A DNA stretch of 64,000 bases from Eledone cirrhosa. Lineage: Eukaryota. The position numbers were made by a program, and so were the translations under genes. This document shows, piece by piece, positions 28,342 to 43,432 of this stretch. The notes below the pieces were generated by a model. The model worked only from the letters and a program-made list of their open reading frames with translations, was not told where the DNA came from and did no database searches. The stretch spans positions 9,176,001 through 9,240,000 of the forward strand of contig OZ024762.1 in assembly GCA_964016885.1 (NCBI GenBank), read 5' to 3'. Every line of letters starts with the position of its first letter. Position 1 is the first letter of the stretch.

Positions 28342-28453
28342 ATATAAACATTGTACTGGTGTTTTAAATCCATTCCAGTCTCTCACCTGACACGGTGCTA
28401 AAGTATTAATTTGTAATTTGTTTTCTACGTTTGTTTTGTTTCGTTTTTCCAGC

Positions 28454-28484
<31 letters not shown>

Positions 28485-29510
28485 GCTGTTGTTGTTGTTG
28501 TTGTTTTATTGGTGCCAATTACCTGCTAATTAACTGACGATAACAGGTGCAACATGTTTAATTAATACAAAGTACTTGACCGCCGTTAGTTTGTACTGTT
28601 GGGCTTTATGTTAGAGGAAACCAATGAAATAGGAGAAACATATCACACGCACACACATACACATAGAACACACTGTCACACACATAGAATATACACACAC
28701 ACATACTCATACTGACACATACTGACATACATACTGACACACATACATACGCTATACACACACACACACTACTCATAAACACTGCCACACACGCTATACA
28801 CACACACACATACAAACTGACACACACACACACACATACACACTGACACACACATACACACGATACAGACACATACACTACACACACATACACACGATAC
28901 AGACACATACACTACACACACATATTCATACACCACACACACACACACACTGACACACTCATACACTATACACACATACACACACCACACATACAAATAC
29001 TCACACACCACCTACACACATAACAATAGACACACACATACACTACACACATACACACACACCACATACACACATACAGCATACGCACACATACACGGAC
29101 ATACACACTTACACTTACGCACACACACACAAAAGGGACCAATGAAACAAGAGAGAAATATCACACACACACACCATACATACACCACGCACGCACGCAC
29201 ACACACACACACACACCACGCACACACACCACGCACACACACACCACGCACTCAAACACCACACACACACAACACACACTCACACACACAGCACACATAC
29301 ACCGCACACACACACCACACGCCACACACATACACACATACACACACCACACAAATACCACACAAACACCACACACACACGCACACACCACACACGTACA
29401 CACACCTCACAAACACCACACACACACATTTACATCACACACCCACGCACACTCGCATATACACAAACACACACACGCCTCCCCCCTCCCACACACACAT
29501 ACATTTACAT

Positions 29511-29548
<38 letters not shown>

Positions 29549-29602
29549 CACACATGCATACACACAGAGAAACACACACACACATACACAATACATACAC
29601 AC

Positions 29603-29638
<36 letters not shown>

Positions 29639-29709
29639 AAACACACACAAACACACATTACGCCATCAAAAATGAAAATTCAACATGGGTGACATTTGGG
29701 AAATGTAAC

Positions 29710-29782
29710 GAACATTCGGGAACATTCGGGCACATTCGAGAACATTCGAGAACATTCGGGAACATTCGGGAACATTCGAGAA
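29710..29782. repeat. 10-bp repeat GAACATTCGR x7
   Basis: Direct reading. Confidence 0.92.
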
Positions 29783-29902
29783 CTCTCAGTTGGGCTTGAA
29801 GGTTTATTTGTCGCTCTTTTATTTTCTCGTTTAATTTCTCATTTCTTTTATTCTGTTAATAAAATAAATGGGAGTTTTGTGTTGCAAGTGTTTGTTTAAA
29901 TC

Positions 29903-29988
29903 TATTGGGTGGTTGTCAAGTATGAAATTTGTAGGAATTTGTAGAAAAAGAACAAATCTTTACAAATTTCATACTTGACGACCCAATA
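29903..29988 (+). other. 86-nt hairpin (pre-miRNA-sized)
   Basis: Arms 29911-29942 and 29952-29983 with a 9-nt loop. Confidence 0.6.
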
Positions 29989-30030
29989 ATTTTCCAAATG
30001 TATTCAGTCGGAATTTCCAAATTGATGAAC

Positions 30031-30330
30031 CTTCATCATTTACGGGGGTCGATAAAATAAAATACCAGTAATGCACTGGGGTCGATTTAATCGACTTTCC
30101 CCTCACCCAAAATCGCTGACCTTGTGCCTATAGTAGACATCATTTGCGAGGTATATTGACAGTATTGGGTAGAGCGTCGGACAACATGCTTTGCAGCATA
30201 GAGTTACAGCCCTTTATGATCTGAGTTCAAATCCCGCCGAGGTTAGCTTTGCCTTTCATCCTTACGGGGGTCGATAAAATAAAGTACCAGTAATGCACTG
30301 GGGTCGATTTAATCAACTTTCCCCTCCCAC
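30031..30330 (+). mobile_element. Two tandem S1 SINEs
   Basis: S1 core in sense orientation. Confidence 0.87.
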
Positions 30331-30344
30331 CATTATTGGAATTT

Positions 30345-30590
30345 TTATCCTTAAAGTTTGGGTCACAACTGGTTTTCTTGTGCCTCAAGGATCTTTCTCA
30401 TAATTCTTGCTGTTCCCAACATGGCCGACTTTTGGATCAACGCTACATTTGTTGTTACTTCTATCTATGTCTTTCAGGAATCTTTCTATTCTGTTTGTAA
30501 CAGTCCTTAACACACCAATGACACTGGGGGTTACATTTTATGGAGACATTCCCCAATCTCTTTATCTCCCTAGCAAGATTTTGGTTACAT
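30345..30590 (-). mobile_element. R4/Dong-clade LINE, C-terminal (RLE) fragment
   Basis: Minus frames: NQNLAREIKRLGNV..PSVIGVLRTVTNR..VALIQKSAMLGTARIMRKILEA, a typical Dong C-terminus. Confidence 0.8.
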
Positions 30591-30624
30591 TGTTAGTCAC
30601 GTTCGTGTCAACAGAAATGGCTGT

Positions 30625-30792
30625 GAGCTGGCCAGCCGCAGGTATGAGCCTCGCGAGTTGGAATGGCTCTTCCAGCGCATCTCCCTTACCATCCTCCGGC
30701 GAAACGCCCTCTCCATTCTGTCCACCGGCGCTGTGGGGAGGCCAACACGTGGGACCCCATTTGCTCACCACACAGAGAGATTGGTAGGGTGA
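30625..30792 (+). mobile_element. CRE-clade LINE C-terminal fragment
   Basis: ELASRRYEPRELEWLFQRISLTILRRNALSILST matches the CRE-type ..FQRxSxxxxRGNAxxI motif. Confidence 0.7.
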
Positions 30793-30879
30793 GAGAGATG
30801 GAGGCGATGACAGCGGGAGTTCGGCTTTTCCACGTTCGGACCATATCCTTGTGGTTGTGTTCGTTATCTAAAGAAAATA

Positions 30880-31163
30880 TTATAACCTGTTTTGCTTGAG
30901 TACATAACAAGTAAGTTTGTAAATAAAAAATGAATTAAGAATTCCCAAATAATGTATTCTTCGACCTGACACTTTATCAATAGTAATGTCAGCTTTTAAA
31001 GCAAGCATGGGGAATATTTTTTCAAACAGTGAACCGCATAGGATGTGACTCATCATAAGACGTTCCACATTACTAACAAATTCAACACAATTTTGAAATT
31101 AGGCGTCCTTTAAAAAGCCAAACGGGCTGCGTGCAGCTTAGAGGCCATACTTTGCCCATGACT
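30880..31163 (-). mobile_element. Possible hAT (Charlie/SPIN-like) derivative fragment
   Basis: Minus starts CAGTCATGGGCAAAGTATGGCC (hAT-like terminus); weak similarity to a hAT transposase C-terminus; no matching TSD found. Confidence 0.4.
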
Positions 31164-31271
31164 GTTTTAAAGACTGTATTTCGTGGTCTGTCTAGTTTGC
31201 GAAATACCATAGTACCTTCGGCCGTCCATTTTCAGCAACAGCCTTTGCTTGGTTCTGATACCATTTGACGC

Positions 31272-31380
31272 TCACTTCAAACCGTTTTGCCTTTCAACCT
31301 TACGGGGTCGATAAAATAAAGTACCAGTAATGCACTGAGATAATTGCTGGCCTTGTGCCAAAACTAGAAACAATTATTTA
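31272..31380 (+). mobile_element. 5'-truncated S1 SINE
   Basis: S1 core and tail. Confidence 0.82.
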
Positions 31381-31389
31381 TTCAAGAGC

Positions 31390-31680
31390 CCTAGCTATAC
31401 ACAATCATATCACTGTTTATAATGTTTCTGTCCTCAAAAGCTTCCCCCACTTACAATGAGGTTTATAGACTCATCCCACTCATTGTATATTCTCTATTTG
31501 GTATTCTCATTAGATTTGTCTATTTTTACTTTAATAAGATTAGTTCGTATGTCTTGTGCTTGGGCGGCCATGATTAGACTTTCGTTCTCTTTCTTCACCT
31601 CACCATATTTAAACCAAAACCAGGATTCCTCAGTTACTGATTCCTTGCTAACTTTGAAATGATGTCCACGGAGGTCTTTA
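31390..31680 (-). mobile_element. R4/Dong-clade LINE fragment (region upstream of the zinc knuckle)
   Basis: SWFWFKYGEVKKENESLIMAAQAQDIRTNLIKVKIDKSNENTK*R..DESINLIVS. Confidence 0.85.
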
Positions 31681-31898
31681 TTCCCCCTCAAAATATTTGA
31701 AGGGTGTCCCAAGCCGCGGGGTTTCAACACAGGGTTGTATTTATTAATTTCTTCTAGAGAAACGGGATGGTTATGTTCCCATAGCTTTAGAAGATTCTCT
31801 CAAATGTTTGAGATCGATGTTGATCAGAATATATATATATATATATAATGAAAATATATATATATTTAAAAGAATAGAGGTGTAACACACAAGTTATG

Positions 31899-32198
31899 AT
31901 ATATTGGTAAACGGAAAAGAAAATGTGGACAAATTGTTCACAGTGAAAAATAGTTTAATTAGGAATAAGTGAGAATTAGTAATAGTATTGGTTAGTATTC
32001 TAATGAGATTAGAGCAAACATCACGGACGCTCTATCTCAAAATTATTTTTGAAAAGCATTAGAAATGCGCAACCGGTAAAACTTAAAACCAAAACTGAAT
32101 ACTAACCAATACTATTACTAATTCTCACTTATTCCTAATTAAACTATTTTTCACTGTGAACAATTTGTCAGCATTTTCTTTTCCGTTTACCAATATAT
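31899..32198. mobile_element. Fold-back element: ~100-bp inverted arms, ~96-bp spacer
   Basis: 31899-32000 vs 32097-32198; spacer holds a decayed HHR-like motif. Confidence 0.75.
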
Positions 32199-32204
32199 AT
32201 ATAT

Positions 32205-32963
32205 ATACCTCTAACCACCACCACAGTACTAACACTACCTCTAACTACCACCACTACTACCACAGTACTAACACTACCTCTCACTACCACCACAGTACTA
32301 ACACTACCACTCACTACATCTCACTACTACCACTACCACCACAGTACTATCACTACCTCTCACTACTCCCCTTACAAACACTACCTCTCACTACTCCCCT
32401 TACAAACACTACCTCTCACTACCACCACAGTACTAACACTACCACTCACTACCCCTCACTACTACCACTACCACCACAGTACTATCACTACCTCTCACTA
32501 TTCCCCTTACAAACACTACCACTCACTACCACCACTGCTACCACAGTACTATCACTACCTCTCACTACTCCCCTTACAAACACTACTCCTCACTACTCCC
32601 CTTACAAACACTACTTCTCACTACCACCACTGCTACCACAGTACTATCACTACCTCTCACCACTCCCCTTACAAACACTACCTCTCACTCCACCACTGCT
32701 ACCACGGTACTATCATTACCTCTCACTACTCCCCTTACAAACGCTTCCTCTCACTACTCCCCTTAAAAACACTACCTCTCACTACCACCACTGCTACCAC
32801 AGTACTATCACTACCTCTCACTACTCCCCTTACAAACACTACCTCTCACTACCACCACTGCTACCACGGTACTATCACTACCTCTCACTACTCCCCTTAC
32901 AAACACTACCTCTCACTACCCCCCTTACAAACACTACCTCTCACTAACCCCCTTACAAACACT
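32205..32963. repeat. CACTACCTCTCACTACTCCCCTTACAAA-based minisatellite
   Basis: Direct reading. Confidence 0.9.
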
Positions 32964-33297
32964 ATGAGAAACAAACAAGTTTCAATGGAGGATCAATAAA
33001 GATCAAGGTCACAGAATGTTGTTTATGCTTTCACTCCCCCTCTCTCATATATTACTGCCTCTCTCTTTATCCCTCCCTCTTACCTTAGTATCTATCTATT
33101 TTTACCTCTCTCATATATTACTGCCTCTCTATTTATAACCCCCCCCTCTATCATATATTACTGCCTCTCTCTTTATCCCTCCCTCTTCCCTTAGTATCTA
33201 TCTATCTTTACCTCTCTCATATATTGCAGTCTCTCTATTTCTCCTCCCTCTCTCTCATATATTACTCTCTCTCTCTCTCTCCCCTCTCTCTCTCTCA

Positions 33298-33328
<31 letters not shown>

Positions 33329-33348
33329 CCTCTCTCTCCCTCTCTCTC

Positions 33349-33393
<45 letters not shown>

Positions 33394-33536
33394 TTCTTCC
33401 TCGCTCTTAAGTTATTATCTCTCTCTTCTCTCTCTCTTATATATATATATATCACTCTAACAATCTCTATTTATCTATCTATCTCTCTCCCTCTCTCTTC
33501 CCCCAGCACCCCTTATATATATATATTGTATGCATG

Positions 33537-33567
<31 letters not shown>

Positions 33568-33611
33568 ATGTGTGTATGTCATTCGTTAGTTACCTGACCG
33601 TCATTTATTTT

Positions 33612-33670
<59 letters not shown>

Positions 33671-34614
33671 ATCTATCTATCCCTCCCTCTCGGTCTCTCT
33701 ATCTCTCTCGTCCACCCCCGCCCCGTCTATTACACACTGACATCTACCTAAACTACACCACAACCACCACAACCACCACCACACCACCACCACCACCACC
33801 ACCACCACCACACCACCAACACCGCCACCACCACCACCACCACCAACACCACCGCCACCACCATCACCATCACCACACCACCACACCACCAAAACCACCA
33901 CATCACTACCCCACACCACCACACCAACACCACCACCACCACACCACCAACACCGCCACCACCACCACCACCACCACAACAACAACAACACCACCGCCAC
34001 CACCATCACCACCACCACCACACCACCAACACCACCCACCACCAAAACCACCACATCACTACCCCACATCACGACACCACCACACCACCACCACACCACC
34101 ACCAGCACTAGTTGACCTATGACCCCTACAACCAGTGACATGACAAAAACTTCCTCTCTCTCTCTCTCTTCCTCTTTCTCTTTCTCCCCCTCTACCACGC
34201 TTTCTCACTCACGCTCACTCTCTTTATCTCCCCCCTCTCTCTCTCATGCTGATGACTCTCTCAAACCCACCCACCCTCTCTCTCTCTCTCTCATGCTCAC
34301 TCCCTCAACCATCTCCCTCCCCCCTATCTCTCTCTCTCTCTCTCCCCTCTCACACCCCATCTCTCTCTCTCTCTCCCAAAACAACATTCCAATGTTATAT
34401 ATTTCATTTACTCCACACGTGGAAAATATACACACCGGACTATATACACATGAATATATACAAACATACAGATAGGTATATACACATACACACAAATGCG
34501 CATAAAGACACGCGTTTCTAAAGGTAAACAGAAATAACAATACATAGATATAGATATATATTTACATGTATATATATTTATATATGTATATATATATAAA
34601 CTTATATATATATA

Positions 34615-34688
<74 letters not shown>

Positions 34689-34691
34689 ATA

Positions 34692-34724
<33 letters not shown>

Positions 34725-34784
34725 ACTTATATATATGAATATAAGTATCTACTTGTATATATATACATGCATATATATAAATAT

Positions 34785-34874
<90 letters not shown>

Positions 34875-35249
34875 CACATATATAAAGATATATATACATA
34901 TATATATATATGTGCATATATAAATATTGATATATATATTATGTGTATGTGTACATATATATGCATATGTATATATACATTTGTGTATATATACATATAT
35001 ACATATGTACATATATATATCTACATATCTACATATCTACATATATACAAATATATGCATATGTATATATACATATATATATGTTTATATATATGTATAT
35101 ATATATAAAGGTAGTTAGGGTCAGACATACACGGAAATACAATATATGTGTAATTATATTTACATTGTAGGACATTGACCTCCCTATATATTTATATATA
35201 TATATGTGTGTGTGTGTAAATATATATATATATATATATAGATATATTT

Positions 35250-35396
<147 letters not shown>

Positions 35397-35550
35397 AATA
35401 TATATATAAATATATATGTATATATATACACATATATATATGTATGTATGTATATATATATATGCATATATATATATATATATATATGCATATATATATA
35501 TATGCATATATATCTATCTATCTATATATATATATATGCATATATATATA

Positions 35551-35620
<70 letters not shown>

Positions 35621-36016
35621 TATATACATATATATATATACATATATATATACATATATATTTACCTATATATGTCTATATATATATATATTTACATATA
35701 TATATATATATATTTACATATATATATATATTTACATATATATATATATATTTACATATATATATATATATATTTACATATATATATATATATATACATA
35801 TATATATACATATATATTTACCTATATATGTATATATATATATATATATACATTCATATATATATTTACCTATATACATATATATATATATACATATATA
35901 TTTACCTATATACATATATATATACATATATATATATATATATGTCTATATATATATATATATTTACATATATATATATATATATTTACATATATATATA
36001 TATATATATATTTACA

Positions 36017-36070
<54 letters not shown>

Positions 36071-36139
36071 CATATATATATATATATATATAGTAATACT
36101 AATAAATTTGAAGACCAAACTGATCTGTTATTTTAGTAA

Positions 36140-36202
<63 letters not shown>

Positions 36203-36450
36203 CATATATATTTACATATATATACATATACATATATATACATATATATATATATATATGTGTGTGCGTGTGTAAGTGTCAAAACCTGTCATAGTATAAT
36301 ATGGTTGTTTCCGACAAGTGACAATTCGGAGGGGTTTTTGACTGCTATTTCAGGCAGGGTGTTTGGGAGGTTCAATGCCAAAACTGTTTGGTTTTTTGGT
36401 TTTATAACTAGTTGAATAGTGTTATATGTTATATGTGCATATATACATAT

Positions 36451-36592
36451 ATCATCAGGAATCTCCTGATTATTTCTAAAGAATGAAACAGTTCTAGTCC
36501 TGTAGAATCTCATCTATATTAAAACTTTTATACTCTGCTATGTATTGAGTACCTTACTTACTGTGGTTACCTCCGATTCAACCCGGAATAAC

Positions 36593-36593
<1 letters not shown>
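36451..36593 (+). mobile_element. Family C element with short fold-back
   Basis: ATCATCAGGA-ATC-TCCTGATTAT..GAATGAAACAGTTCTAGTCCTGTAGAATCTC plus tail. Confidence 0.78.
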
Positions 36594-36662
<69 letters not shown>

Positions 36663-36669
36663 TTATATA

Positions 36670-36919
<250 letters not shown>

Positions 36920-36922
36920 TTA

Positions 36923-36971
<49 letters not shown>

Positions 36972-37249
36972 ATAATAATAAATGCGTTAATAAAAATAAT
37001 AATAAACTTTAATCTTATATTAATAAATATATATATATGTATATATGCATATGTATATATGCATATGTATATGGATATATATATGGATATATATATAAAT
37101 CCATATATATATATATATGCAAATATATATATATGTATATAGGTATGTATATATATGTATGCATATATATATATATGTATGTATATATATATGTATTTAT
37201 ATATATATATATATATAACATATTTTATATATATATATAATATATATAT

Positions 37250-37358
<109 letters not shown>

Positions 37359-37473
37359 GCAACAAGTGAATGAAAATTGTGTTACGAAAGATTTGTCCGG
37401 ACCAAAACATACGTAAGAATGAAAATGATTATGATGATGATGATGACATACATATGTACATATATATGTGCGT

Positions 37474-37641
<168 letters not shown>

Positions 37642-37670
37642 CATATATATATCTATATATATATATATAT

Positions 37671-37750
37671 AACGAAGGAAATGTGGTAAGGAACCAGGTG
37701 GACCATAACGCACCAAAGTACTCAATTCGCACAAAGTACTCAATACTTAG
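37671..37750 (-). mobile_element. Family B tail fragment with 20-bp internal duplication
   Basis: AACGAAGG..CGCACCAAAGTACTCAAT x2. Confidence 0.78.
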
Positions 37751-37942
37751 TTTATATATATATATATATATATAATTAGTTATATATTTTGTTGATTATT
37801 CAACAAAGTTAATTTTACAACAGATTAAAAGCACTCTGCAGATTTTATCTGGAGTATCATTAATATTAATAATGTTAATAAATGGAAAATATATTTATAA
37901 TAACACATTTATTTTAATATACGTATTTCAAGGGTATTATAT

Positions 37943-38318
37943 ATGGTGGATGGGTGCTACACGAGAATGCTGAGGATGGCTCTGAACATTAATCAGTATA
38001 CACTTAGGATGAAAAACTCAGAGCTGTATGGGAGCATCCTAAAAGTCAGCTCAAAAGTGACACAGAGGAGATTGAGGTTGGCTGGACATGCTCACCGACA
38101 TCCAGAGTTGACATTGCACTCAGTGCTCCTTTGAGAGCCCCTACATTGGACACACTAGAAGAGGAAGCACCAAGGTTAACATATGTTGATGCCCTAAGGA
38201 CAGACACTGGTCTGTTGGAAATGCAGGATATGGCAGCGATAATGAGGGACAGAGACCGCTGGAGAGAACTCGTCCATGGATCTCGGGAATTTTACCCGCC
38301 TTAGATAGATAGATAGAT
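37943..38318 (+). mobile_element. RTE-type LINE 3' end with (TAGA)n tail, truncating a family A fragment (37790-37935)
   Basis: DGCYTRMLRMALNI..LYG..RRLRLAGH..LTYVDALRTDTGL..DRDRWRELV; stops and frameshifts present. Confidence 0.85.
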
Positions 38319-38323
38319 ATATA

Positions 38324-38458
38324 TAAAGAATGAAGAATAACATGGTCGGCTGTACAGTGCGGTTTATTTACAGTTTTTATACGGTTTATTTACAGTATTT
38401 ACATAATACTTTAAATAAACCCTATTGTACAGCCAGCGATGTTATTTTTCATTCTTTT
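38324..38458. mobile_element. Diverged fold-back element
   Basis: AAAGAATGAAGAATAACATGGTCGGCTGTACA.. vs ..TGTACAGCCAGCGATGTTATTTTTCATTCTTT. Confidence 0.65.
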
Positions 38459-38624
38459 ACTATTAATACTCCAAGGACCGCCTGCCAGGGAACTTTCTTA
38501 AACCGGGCACCCGACTAAGGAAACTTCTTGTTGAGTCAAATAACGCCGTACGTTAAAACTATCCTCGACACAGAATACTCAAAACCTCCAGCTAGGTTAC
38601 CCTAAACGATACCTTGTTTGTTTT

Positions 38625-38696
<72 letters not shown>

Positions 38697-38706
38697 ATAT
38701 ATATAC

Positions 38707-38802
<96 letters not shown>

Positions 38803-38808
38803 TATATA

Positions 38809-38913
<105 letters not shown>

Positions 38914-38930
38914 TATATACCTTGTTATCC

Positions 38931-39020
<90 letters not shown>

Positions 39021-39025
<5 letters not shown>

Positions 39026-41942
39026 TAGAAAGATCGAGTATCGAAAAATCGGCGCACGAGTTAACGAAAAACGAAATCCGATATGAGCGGCAGAGGGCTC
39101 AATAATTCAGATGAATCAGAGCTATAACTATCGTTAAAGTACCGTCACATATAGAACAAGTCTACAATCAACCATACGATTTAAAATCGATAAAGGAAGA
39201 TTCGGGCCAAACAGATAAAAAATATCAATAAAACAATACGTCAATAATTTAAATGAATGTAAAATCATACCCGGACCCACTAGAAAGGTGTTAAATCTAG
39301 CTTCATGGGTTTCTGTAAATCCTTAGACAGTACTCTATCAGCTCACATATAAATATAAAAGCCTACTAGAATAAGTGGAATGGAGTTTACGTTGTCAACG
39401 AGTTTTATCCTGGCGGCAAAGGAGTCAACTAGCGGTGAAAAACGCACATGGCATTAGACAAGGGAGATGACCCCTATATCCGCGAAAATAATTCGAGTGA
39501 ATGTGGAAATACACATATCGAATTAGAGTGCTCAATAGACATGTTAAAATAAAACAAAAGCTATTCATCACTCAATAGAATCGACAAAATATGAGCAATA
39601 AAATTAACTGGTGGATAGCTATGTCCAGAGCTAAATATATTAGAAAGATCGAGTATCGAAAAATCGGCGCACGAGTTAACGAAAAACGAAATCCGATATG
39701 AGCGGCAGAGGGCTCAATAATTCAGATGAATCAGAGCTATAACTATCGTTAAAGTACCGTCACATATAGAACAAGTCTACAATCAACCATACGATTTAAA
39801 ATCGATAAAGGAAGATTCGGGCCAAACAGATAAAAAATATCAATAAATACAATACGTCAATAATTTAAATGAATGTAAAATCATACCCGGACCCACTAGA
39901 AAGGTGTTAAATCTAGCTTCATGGGTTTCTGTAAATCCTTAGACAGTACTCTATCAGCTCACATATAAATATAAAAGCCTACTAGAATAAGTGGAATGGA
40001 GTTTACGTTGTCAACGAGTTTTATCCTGGCGGCAAAGGAGTCAACTAGCGGTGAAAAACGCACATGGCATTAGACAAGGGAGATGACCCCTATATCCGCG
40101 AAAATAATTCGAGTGAATGTGGAAATACACATATCGAATTAGAGTGCTCAATAGACATGTTAAAATAAAACAAAAGCTATTCATCACTCAATAGAATCGA
40201 CAAAATATGAGCAATAAAATTAACTGGTGGATAGCTATGTCCAGAGCTAAATATATTAGAAAGATCGAGTATCGAAAAATCGGCGCACGAGTTAACGAAA
40301 AACGAAATCCGATATGAGCGGCAGAGGGCTCAATAATTCAGATGAATCAGAGCTATAACTATCGTTAAAGTACCGTCACATATAGAACAAGTCTACAATC
40401 AACCATACGATTTAAAATCGATAAAGGAAGATTCGGGCCAAACAGATAAAAAATATCAATAAAACAATACGTCAATAATTTAAATGAATGTAAAATCATA
40501 CCCGGACCCACTAGAAAGGTGTTAAATCTAGCTTCATGGGTTTCTGTAAAAAAGCCTACTAGAATAAGTGGAATGGAGTTTACGTTGTCAACGAGTTTTA
40601 TCCTGGCGGCAAAGGAGTCAACTAGCGGTGAAAAACGCACATGGCATTAGACAAGGGAGATGACCCCTATATCCGCGAAAATAATTCGAGTGAATGTGGA
40701 AATACACATATCGAATTAGAGTGCTCAATAGACATGTTAAAATAAAACAAAAGCTATTCATCACTCAATAGAATCGACAAAATATGAGCAATAAAATTAA
40801 CTGGTGGATAGCTATGTCCAGAGCTAAATATATTAGAAAGATCGAGTATCGAAAAATCGGCGCACGAGTTAACGAAAAACGAAATCCGATATGAGCGGCA
40901 GAGGGCTCAATAATTCAGATGAATCAGAGCTATAACTATCGTTAAAGTACCGTCACATATAGAACAAGTCTACAATCAACCATACGATTTAAAATCGATA
41001 AAGGAAGATTCGGGCCAAACAGATAAAAAATATCAATAAAACAATACGTCAATAATTTAAATGAATGTAAAATCATACCCGGACCCACTAGAAAGGTGTT
41101 AAATCTAGCTTCATGGGTTTCTGTAAATCCTTAGACAGTACTCTATCAGCTCACATATAAATATAAAAGCCTACTAGAATAAGTGGAATGGAGTTTACGT
41201 TGTCAACGAGTTTTATCCTGGCGGCAAAGGAGTCAACTAGCGGTGAAAAACGCACATGGCATTAGACAAGGGAGATGACCCCTATATCCGCGAAAATAAT
41301 TCGAGTGAATGTGGAAATACACATATCGAATTAGAGTGCTCAATAGACATGTTAAAATAAAACAAAAGCTATTCATCACTCAATAGAATCGACAAAATAT
41401 GAGCAATAAAATTAACTGGTGGATAGCTATGTCCAGAGCTAAATATATTAGAAAGATCGAGTATCGAAAAATCGGCGCACGAGTTAACGAAAAACGAAAT
41501 CCGATATGAGCGGCAGAGGGCTCAATAATTCAGATGAATCAGAGCTATAACTATCGTTAAAGTACCGTCACATATAGAACAAGTCTACAATCAACCATAC
41601 GATTTAAAATCGATAAAGGAAGATTCGGGCCAAACAGATAAAAAATATCAATAAAACAATACGTCAATAATTTAAATGAATGTAAAATCATACCCGGACC
41701 CACTAGAAAGGTGTTAAATCTAGCTTCATGGGTTTCTGTAAATCCTTAGACAGTACTCTATCAGCTCACATATAAATATAAAAGCCTACTAGAATAAGTG
41801 GAATGGAGTTTACGTTGTCAACGAGTTTTATCCTGGCGGCAAAGGAGTCAACTAGCGGTGAAAAACGCACATGGCATTAGACAAGGGAGATGACCCCTAT
41901 ATCCGCGAAAATAATTCGAGTGAATGTGGAAATACACATATC

Positions 41943-41945
<3 letters not shown>
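39021..41945. repeat. 615-bp tandem array, ~4.8 near-identical copies, embedded in (TA)n
   Basis: TTAGAAAGATCG starts at 39025, 39640, 40256, 40833 and 41448 (periods 615, 616, 577, 615). Confidence 0.97.
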
Positions 41946-41997
<52 letters not shown>

Positions 41998-42007
41998 TAT
42001 ATATACA

Positions 42008-42351
42008 ATATATTAATAAATGGAAATTATATTTATAAAACCATATTTATTTTATATATATTTCAAGGGCAACCAAGGCAAATTATGGTGCGCTTTCATC
42101 AGATAAAATACAGATTTATAAATAAATATTGACATACCCGGAAAAAAAGACAACCTCAACGGTTGGAGCTTCCTGGATAGTGGGGATAGTATTTTATTGA
42201 GGGTAATACAAAGTTATGAGTGAGTATGCAAATGAGTGTCGGAAAAGTTGAAAAGATAATTGTGTATTTACTCCACTAATTTGTTGAGTACTTTATATCA
42301 GTTATAAAAATGTTTAAGCTTGTTGAATCCCAACAAATTAAATATAACCTC

Positions 42352-42355
<4 letters not shown>
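42008..42355. mobile_element. Family A element: HHR-bearing segment (minus, 42046-42108) joined to an inverted 3' tail
   Basis: Minus CTGATGA-AAGCGCACCA..TGGTTGCCCTT-GAAA-TATATATA; 42260-42355 is the reverse complement of 14926-15015. Confidence 0.75.
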
Positions 42356-42408
<53 letters not shown>

Positions 42409-42562
42409 CAAGTAAATATGTTTTGAAACAGTGAGCAGGTTTTGAAATTAGAAAATAGAATAGCTTTCACCGTATTTTTTTTACTAAAGAAATTTTAGTC
42501 TGATAATGGGGTGTAGAACCCTCAGATAAATGGAAAAAGATGAGTTTTGACGTACATATATG

Positions 42563-42635
<73 letters not shown>

Positions 42636-42796
42636 TCATAGGGGATAGAAATTGCAAATGCAACTGGTGGCTTTTAAGAATATTAATTTGTTTACTTGAC
42701 CGGTTTCACAGTTCTCGATGTATATATGTGTGTGTGTATATATATATATATATACGTGTATGTATATACGTGTATGTATATATGTATAATTATATG

Positions 42797-42862
<66 letters not shown>

Positions 42863-42971
42863 TATATATGCATATATATGTGTGTGTGAGTGTGTATAAA
42901 CATTTATGTATCGAAGTTTCCATATTTAATGATATATAGATGTACATATATATATATATATGATATATATG

Positions 42972-43019
<48 letters not shown>

Positions 43020-43141
43020 TATCATATATATACACATCATATATATACACACACTATATATATATATATACATATTTATATAATCACATATATATATCAT
43101 ACATATATATATGATATATATATATGTGATTATATACATAT

Positions 43142-43204
<63 letters not shown>

Positions 43205-43260
43205 TATATATACATATGTACATATATACACATATATATATATGTACATATGTATATATA

Positions 43261-43335
<75 letters not shown>

Positions 43336-43357
43336 GCACTATATATATATATATATA

Positions 43358-43432
<75 letters not shown>

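Noticed and set aside
30407-30910. Listed ORFs as host exons
   Set aside because: They overlap Dong and CRE LINE remnants read in other frames or strands
39295-39350. Hammerhead in the 615-bp unit (minus CTGATAGA..GAAA)
   Set aside because: Extra base in the core, and no helix III, UH site or helix I could be built
39450-39482. GIRQG..PLYP resembling LINE RT motif GxRQGxPLSP in the 615-bp unit
   Set aside because: Spacing is off, an in-frame stop is present and no neighbouring RT motifs are visible; BLASTX would be needed
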